Of a DNA stretch of 64,000 bases, positions 58,490-64,000 are shown in pieces. Both the position numbers and the translations under genes were made by a program. Source of the stretch: an uncultured bacterium (lineage in GTDB: Bacteria > Auribacterota > Erginobacteria > Erginobacterales > Erginobacteraceae); assembly GCA_963822585.1 (NCBI GenBank), contig CAWGIE010000031.1:32001-96000 (forward strand), read 5' to 3'. The notes beneath the pieces were generated by a model that ran no database searches, had not been told where the DNA came from, and saw nothing but the letters and a program-made list of their open reading frames with translations. Within the stretch, counting starts at the first letter, position 1; each line of letters opens with the position of its first letter.

Positions 58490-59971
58490 ATGAGCGGCAA
58501 ACCGTTAAAAATTCTCTTCGTCATCTTCGACAACTTCCAGACCGAGCGGCTGGGAATCCAGATCCTCTCCACCATCGCCCGGGAAGAAGGTTTCGACCGC
58601 CGTCTTTTAATCCTCAACCGGCAGGAGAGCGAAGAGGCCCTCCGGGAGGCTCTGGACTACCGGCCGGAGATCGTGGCTTACAGCGCCATGACTTTCGAGC
58701 AGTACGATCTTCAGAAATTCAACCGCAGCCTGAAAAACCGGGGATTGCAATTTATCTCCATCTTCGGTGGTCATCATTACACCTTCTCGCCCGAAGAAAT
58801 TCACCGTGATGACGCGATTGACGTCATCTGCCGGGGAGAGGGGGAAGCGGCCTTCCGGCAGTTCATCCGGGCAGTTCGGGAAGGCACGGACTACCGGCGA
58901 ATTCCCAACCTGCTGGTCCGGGACGGGAATGCCGTCGTCGAAAACCCCCTGGCTCCCCTGATTACCGATCTCGACTCCATCCCCTTCCCCGACCGGAACC
59001 TCCTCCCCCTCTTCGAATCCGGGAGTCAGATCTTCGGCCGCAGCGTCTCGGTGATGTTCGGCCGGGGCTGCCCCAATCAATGCACCTACTGCTACAACTC
59101 CCAGTGGAACCGCTTATACCGCGGCTCCCGGATCTGCCGTCACCGGACCCTGGACAATGTCCTGCGGGAGATCAAGGAGATCCTGGCCGAGCACCAGCTC
59201 GACTTTATCTACTTCCACGACGACAACTTCGCCCTCCTCCCCCGGGAGGTGATCGCCGAATTCTGCCGACGCTACCCGGAGGAGGTCGGGCTGCCCTTCT
59301 TCGCCCAGTTCCGGGCCGAGTTCATCGACGAGGAACTGGTCGTGATGCTGAAACGGGCCGGTCTCTTCTTGACCACGGTCGGGGTGGAGTGCGGGGACGA
59401 AGAGGTAGCGGCCACACTTCTCAAACGGGGCCGGGTTACCAACCAAGATATCATCCGGGCTTTCGACATCTTCAATAAGCACAAGCTGAGATCTTTCTCC
59501 CAGAATATGGCTTGTTTCCCTATTCCCGACCCCCTGGAGACCGACCTGAAGACCATCCGGCTCAATATCCGCTGTCGTCCCACTTGGGCCAGTTTCGCCA
59601 TCCTGATCCCCATCCCCCATACCGAGATCTGGAAGTACGCGATCGAACAAGGTTACCTGGAGAAAGACGCTTTTGATCGGCCGGGCAAGCTGCCCTCGGT
59701 CTTCACCCGGAGCCGGCTTGACTATCACAACCCCCGACTCTCCGACCGTCTGGAAAACCTCCACAAGTTCGCCTCGATCACGGTCAGGTTTCCCTTTCTC
59801 CTCCCCCTGGTCCGCCTTTTGATCAAGCTTCCCCCCAACCCCCTCTTCCAGTATCTGCATTTCTTCTGGTACGGATACTGGAACACGGTCGGCCTCTTCA
59901 GGACCAAGCTCTCTTTCAGCTTGATCTGGCAGGGGCTGAAGACCATCCGGCAATACCGAAAGAAACACTGA
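58490..59971 (+). CDS. Cobalamin-binding radical SAM enzyme (group B)
   Basis: GIQILST, GGHHYT, GEGE, GRGCPNQCTYC, HDDNF, GVECG. Confidence 0.92.
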   Translation: MSGKPLKILFVIFDNFQTERLGIQILSTIAREEGFDRRLLILNRQESEEALREALDYRPEIVAYSAMTFEQYDLQKFNRSLKNRGLQFISIFGGHHYTFSPEEIHRDDAIDVICRGEGEAAFRQFIRAVREGTDYRRIPNLLVRDGNAVVENPLAPLITDLDSIPFPDRNLLPLFESGSQIFGRSVSVMFGRGCPNQCTYCYNSQWNRLYRGSRICRHRTLDNVLREIKEILAEHQLDFIYFHDDNFALLPREVIAEFCRRYPEEVGLPFFAQFRAEFIDEELVVMLKRAGLFLTTVGVECGDEEVAATLLKRGRVTNQDIIRAFDIFNKHKLRSFSQNMACFPIPDPLETDLKTIRLNIRCRPTWASFAILIPIPHTEIWKYAIEQGYLEKDAFDRPGKLPSVFTRSRLDYHNPRLSDRLENLHKFASITVRFPFLLPLVRLLIKLPPNPLFQYLHFFWYGYWNTVGLFRTKLSFSLIWQGLKTIRQYRKKH

Positions 59972-60004
59972 CCAGAACGCCCTCATCAAGAGAGTTCCGG
60001 CCGG

Positions 60005-62062
60005 TCATTCCGCCGGGGTTCGGACGGGACGCGACGGCCTCGGTACTGCGAACGGCGGCACATCCTTTCCGGCCGGAGAGAAAAAGGAGCCAAACGTCTT
60101 TCCGGGGACGATCAGGGGGCCAATCACTTCCGCCTCTCCCTCGGTCCGCACCACCAGCCGGGCCTGCTCCGCTTCCCCCCGGAGGCGGAAGGAGTGGATT
60201 CGGAAGGACCAGAAATAAGAAAGTCCCGTCTCTTTCGCGATGACGGCCTCGGGGACGGAAACCGCCGCCGGTCCCTGGTGCCGGATCGCGAAGATCATCA
60301 CCGGATCCTCGATTCCCGGGGGGAGAGGGAGTTCGGCTCGCCATTGGCCGGCCGGCAGCGAGATAAAGGAGACCTCTCCCAGGAGATCCTCGACCACCGC
60401 CGCCGGGGTCTTTTTTCCGTCGACGGAGTGCCAGACCAGCCCCGCGGCGTCCGGCCCGGCCGCTTTCCGGATGGCCGCCAGGTCCCAGACCACCCCGGCC
60501 GGCATATCATAAAGACTATTGGCCGCCGCCCGGTATTCGTGTTCATCGACCCCGGCCCAGCGGAGGAACTGCCGGGGGTCGGCCCGGATTGAGCCTTCTT
60601 CAAAGTGACGGAGATAAAGCCGCGGCATCAGTGAACGATAGAGGGACCAGGGGGGAGATCCATCATCGAGCGTGTGCCAGGGCAGCCGCTCCAGTTCCCG
60701 GTAAACCCCGTCCGTCACATCCCGGAACTGGGGGTAGGAAACCAGGACCGGGGCGGGAAGTTCACCGCTCTTGATCCGATTGTAGAGCCGCAGGATCGCT
60801 TCCGCCCCGTACTTGTTTAAATAGGGGTCCGCCTTCACCGCCGAAGCGTTGGCGGCCAGATTCAAAACCGCGAGCGCGAGCAACCCCGCCAGCCAGGCGG
60901 AGATGATGAAGATCCGGCCGGACCGGAAGATATTCGCGGTGAACAGTCCTCCAACCACCAGGAGAAGTGCGACCAGGGGACGGTTGTAATAGGTGTTCTG
61001 ATGGAGGATATCCTTGCCCTCGGGGAGCAGTATCCCCCCGACCGCCGCCGTGGCGATCAGCCAGAAGAGAATCATCCTCCCCGACCCCTTCCAGGCTCGG
61101 GTGATCAGGATCAGCAGGATCAAGAAAACGCCCGCCAGGGCGGCGATGCCGGTTTGAACCCCGGAACGGGGATGAGACCAGCCGAAAGTGTAGGTGAAGA
61201 TATCCCCGGTATTGAGAGCCAGATACCTGAGGTTATAAACGATCTTTTCCGTCAGTGAAGGCATCGCGCGGAGGGTTCTCTCCGCCAGGGGCTCTTTCTG
61301 ATCGGGGGAGATTAGATCGGGAAGAACCAGCAAGAAGAGGAGCAATCCCGCTGCCAGAAGCAGGAGAAAAGAGGCGAGCAGCCGGAAGCGCACCGTTTTA
61401 AGCCAGGGCCAGCTGAGAAACGCCGCCGCCAGGGCGGGAAGGAGGAAAATGATGTACTCGTCGGTGAAGAGTCCCAGCCACCAGATGACACAGGCGGCGA
61501 TGACACAAATCCGCCGGCGGCCGCGGTCCTTTCCCCGCATCGCCAGCAATAGCGAAAGGATTCCCAGTATCTCCAGGGTCGCGAAATCCTTGGCGTAGCG
61601 GATGGGGGCGTGATGGCCGACCAGCACTTCTGTGGTCAGCAGCCAGAAACTGCCGGCGACGATGCCGGGGAGCCAGTCGCCGGACCATTGGCGGACCACG
61701 AAGGCAATCATAAACCCAATCAGGAAAACGCAGACTAGCGAGAGAGGAAGCCACAGAAACGGCCCGAACCAATAGTAAAGATGGGAGTAGAGGCGAGGAG
61801 TAAGGACTTCAAAAAACTGTGAGAACTGACGCTGGCGGTACTCGGTATCAGAGGCCCTCCAGACAAAGGCCTTCCTCCAGTCGAAATCGGCCAGGGAGGA
61901 ACTCAGCGGCCCCCCTTCCACTCCCTGCTGGAGAGCGTAATACCTCAGGCGGAAGATCTGGGGAGTACCGGACCGGACCGGGACCGTGGCCAGGAAGACC
62001 GCGAACAGCCCGATCATAACCAAGGCGAAAATAAAGATCGTAATCCTCAGTCCGCTTTTCAT
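60005..62062 (-). CDS. Polytopic GT-C-like membrane protein (distant member of family 4) with a different C-terminal domain
   Basis: RQRQFS, YAK, TDE and YY motifs in the same order as in 40236..42290 and 56581..58476; about 10-11 TM segments. Confidence 0.55.
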   Translation of the reverse strand: MKSGLRITIFIFALVMIGLFAVFLATVPVRSGTPQIFRLRYYALQQGVEGGPLSSSLADFDWRKAFVWRASDTEYRQRQFSQFFEVLTPRLYSHLYYWFGPFLWLPLSLVCVFLIGFMIAFVVRQWSGDWLPGIVAGSFWLLTTEVLVGHHAPIRYAKDFATLEILGILSLLLAMRGKDRGRRRICVIAACVIWWLGLFTDEYIIFLLPALAAAFLSWPWLKTVRFRLLASFLLLLAAGLLLFLLVLPDLISPDQKEPLAERTLRAMPSLTEKIVYNLRYLALNTGDIFTYTFGWSHPRSGVQTGIAALAGVFLILLILITRAWKGSGRMILFWLIATAAVGGILLPEGKDILHQNTYYNRPLVALLLVVGGLFTANIFRSGRIFIISAWLAGLLALAVLNLAANASAVKADPYLNKYGAEAILRLYNRIKSGELPAPVLVSYPQFRDVTDGVYRELERLPWHTLDDGSPPWSLYRSLMPRLYLRHFEEGSIRADPRQFLRWAGVDEHEYRAAANSLYDMPAGVVWDLAAIRKAAGPDAAGLVWHSVDGKKTPAAVVEDLLGEVSFISLPAGQWRAELPLPPGIEDPVMIFAIRHQGPAAVSVPEAVIAKETGLSYFWSFRIHSFRLRGEAEQARLVVRTEGEAEVIGPLIVPGKTFGSFFSPAGKDVPPFAVPRPSRPVRTPAE

Positions 62063-62101
62063 TATTATTCCTATGAGTTCTGCAAAACAGCAATTGCCGG
62101 G

Positions 62102-63529
62102 TCAAGGATTCGGTTTCCGCCGGGAAAAGAGGGTAGCTCCGATCGCTTTTGCCGACTGCCAGACCCACTTTATTTCCGAAGGGCTCCGGATGGTGGAGAC
62201 AAGATCTATGATCTTCCGGGGTCGAAAGTAAAACCGTCGGAAGGCCCGCCGGTAAAAATACTCCACATCTTCAGCCCTGGTTACCCCGATCTCGAAGAAA
62301 GCCCGGTTGCCGAAATAGCCGGTTTCGATTCCGTCCTGGGTCGGCACCAGAAATCTTCCTTCCCGCTCGATCTGGCTGTAGAGAGCGGTCCCCGGACACG
62401 GAGTGGCGATGGCGAATTTGGTCAGGTGGGGATTACACCGGATGGCAAATCGTATGGTACGCTCCATGGTCTCCGGGCAATCGCCGGGCAAACCTATGAT
62501 GAAGGCGCCGACAACGAGAATCCCCTCCTTTCTCAGCACTCGAACGGCCTGAGAAACCTTCTCCAACCGGCTCCCTTTACCGGCGGCGTCCAGTATCTCC
62601 TGGTCCCCCGATTCGATCCCGATAGTAGTGCTATAGACCCCGGCCCGCTTCATCAACCGGGGCAACTCCGGGGTTAAGTGATCGGCCCGGATTCCACTTA
62701 GCAGATTGACCGACAGACGGGTTGGAAGAGCCGCGATTCTTTCCAGAATCTCCACCGCCCGCACCCGGTTCAGGGTAAAATTATCATCGACCACATCAAT
62801 CTGCCGGACCCCGAAATCGCTCATCAAACGCCGGATCTCTTCCAGCACCCGGGCGGGCGAGTGAGCCCGGTAGCGATTCCCGAATACGCTTCTGCTGCAA
62901 AAGGAGCACCGGCAGGGGCAACCGCGGCTGGTCGTAATCGCGGCCACCGGCAGGCGACGGGCCCGGCCGTGATACAGGGGCATGCTCTCCAGCCGTTCCC
63001 AGGCCGGAAAGGGCAGTTCGTCAATATCAGCGATCAAAGCCCGGGGAGCATTCCTCCGAACCTGTCCACCCGAATCCCGCCAGACCAAACCATCGATGTT
63101 TTCAAAGCGAGCAATCCCCTTTTCCAAGACCGCGCATAGTTCTCTCAGAGTGATCTCCCCCTCCCCCACCACCACTGCATCCGCCCGGCTACGTTTCAAA
63201 CAGTGTTCCGGGATGGCGGAAGGGAAGGGGCCGCCCAAAATAACGGGAAGATGGGGGAATTGCCGCTTAAAAAGCTCGACCAGAGGAGGGACTCCCCGCC
63301 AATTGAGAATGTGGGAAGATATCCCGATCAGATCCGGGCGGCGGCGGGCGACTTCCTTCGCTACCAGTTCCGCCGGAAGGGCAGTGACATCGGCATCGAT
63401 GATCCGGCAGGAATGCCCCATCTCCTGGACCACGGCGGCAAGATAGGCCAGGCCCAGCGGAGAAGCGGTGGTGATCCGATTGACACCACTGCTGCCCGAG
63501 GAGACAGGAGCAATCAGGATGATATTCAT
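62102..63529 (-). CDS. Cobalamin-binding radical SAM enzyme (group A)
   Basis: SPLGLAYL, GGPFPS, GEGE, SRGCPCRCSFC, DDNFT, GIESG, RRAFRRFYFRP. Confidence 0.92.
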   Translation of the reverse strand: MNIILIAPVSSGSSGVNRITTASPLGLAYLAAVVQEMGHSCRIIDADVTALPAELVAKEVARRRPDLIGISSHILNWRGVPPLVELFKRQFPHLPVILGGPFPSAIPEHCLKRSRADAVVVGEGEITLRELCAVLEKGIARFENIDGLVWRDSGGQVRRNAPRALIADIDELPFPAWERLESMPLYHGRARRLPVAAITTSRGCPCRCSFCSRSVFGNRYRAHSPARVLEEIRRLMSDFGVRQIDVVDDNFTLNRVRAVEILERIAALPTRLSVNLLSGIRADHLTPELPRLMKRAGVYSTTIGIESGDQEILDAAGKGSRLEKVSQAVRVLRKEGILVVGAFIIGLPGDCPETMERTIRFAIRCNPHLTKFAIATPCPGTALYSQIEREGRFLVPTQDGIETGYFGNRAFFEIGVTRAEDVEYFYRRAFRRFYFRPRKIIDLVSTIRSPSEIKWVWQSAKAIGATLFSRRKPNP

Positions 63530-63538
63530 GATTTCAAG

Positions 63539-64000
63539 TTACCGGATGGCTAGTGCCGAAGTAGCCAGGTTGTGGAATTCTTTCCAGGATTTCACCTTCC
63601 TGATCCTTTTCCAGATATAGGAAGGGCGGTAATAGTACCTTTGGAAGAACCGGCGCTGGAGAGAATCGAGTTGTCGGGGGGTGAAAGTGGAACCGATTCC
63701 CGGCAATGTACTGAGAATCCCGGCATTACCCAACGTGTATTCCCGCCAGTAATCAATGCCCGATCTCTCAATAAGTTGCCGGTAGACGGGAGAAGGAGGT
63801 TGGGGGACCATTTTATTCACCTGGATAAAATCACAATTGAGTTCCAGGGCAAACCTCATCGTATCCCTTACGTCTTCCTCGGTCTCACCGGGGAAACCGA
63901 TGATGAAAAAACCGAGTGTCGTAATCCCCTCCTCTTGGGTCCAGCGTACGGCCCGGCGGATAACATCAAGCGGAATATCCCGGTTCATCCTTTTTAAGAT
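63539..64000 (-). CDS. C-terminal part of a radical SAM enzyme, probably cobalamin-binding group A (5' truncated at the window edge)
   Basis: Frame is open to the edge (ILKRMNRDI...); FIIGFPGET and RRFFQRYYYRP match the group A C-termini. Confidence 0.8.
   Translation of the reverse strand: MLKRMNRDIPLDVIRRAVRWTQEEGITTLGFFIIGFPGETEEDVRDTMRFALELNCDFIQVNKMVPQPPSPVYRQLIERSGIDYWREYTLGNAGILSTLPGIGSTFTPRQLDSLQRRFFQRYYYRPSYIWKRIRKVKSWKEFHNLATSALAIR

Noticed and set aside
18965..59989. Long opposite-strand ORFs (18965..19870, 25990..27078, 28617..29492, 39314..40366, 59114..59989 and others)
   Set aside because: They overlap well-supported genes and carry no recognisable motifs; such ORFs are expected in GC-rich coding DNA.
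25747..63529. Assigning bchE, hpnJ, hpnP or other specific symbols to the B12 radical SAM genes
   Set aside because: Only family-level motifs are visible, and there are no chlorophyll or hopanoid genes in the window.

Overview
This 64-kb, mostly GC-rich window is almost entirely one large cell-envelope glycan locus. The left part (about 6.9-23.1 kb, minus strand) is a Wzx/Wzy-type polysaccharide or glycoconjugate operon: Wzz-like co-polymerase, O-antigen-ligase/TPR protein, flippase, kinase, methyltransferase, CapA-like protein, ATP-grasp protein, Wzy-like protein and two GT4s, with the core cassette bracketed by two paralogous lipoproteins. The rest is an unusual expansion of about 11 polytopic GT-C-like membrane proteins in four paralog families. 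These are interleaved with 7 cobalamin-binding radical SAM enzymes, 2 SPASM/twitch radical SAM enzymes, 2 DPM1-like GT2s, a DegT aminotransferase, 2 arylsulfotransferase-like proteins, a Thr-type sulfatase-fold protein, an SGNH-TPR protein, a GT9, murB and a hicBA pair. The best candidate for an undescribed system is radical-SAM tailoring of lipid-linked sugar donors that GT-C enzymes then transfer outside the cytoplasm, possibly with a tyrosine-based sulfuryl relay. Several small palindromic elements are present, two of them translated in frame inside YfhO-like genes. I saw no rRNA, tRNA, CRISPR array or transposase. All functional calls come from motif recognition by eye; no searches were run.
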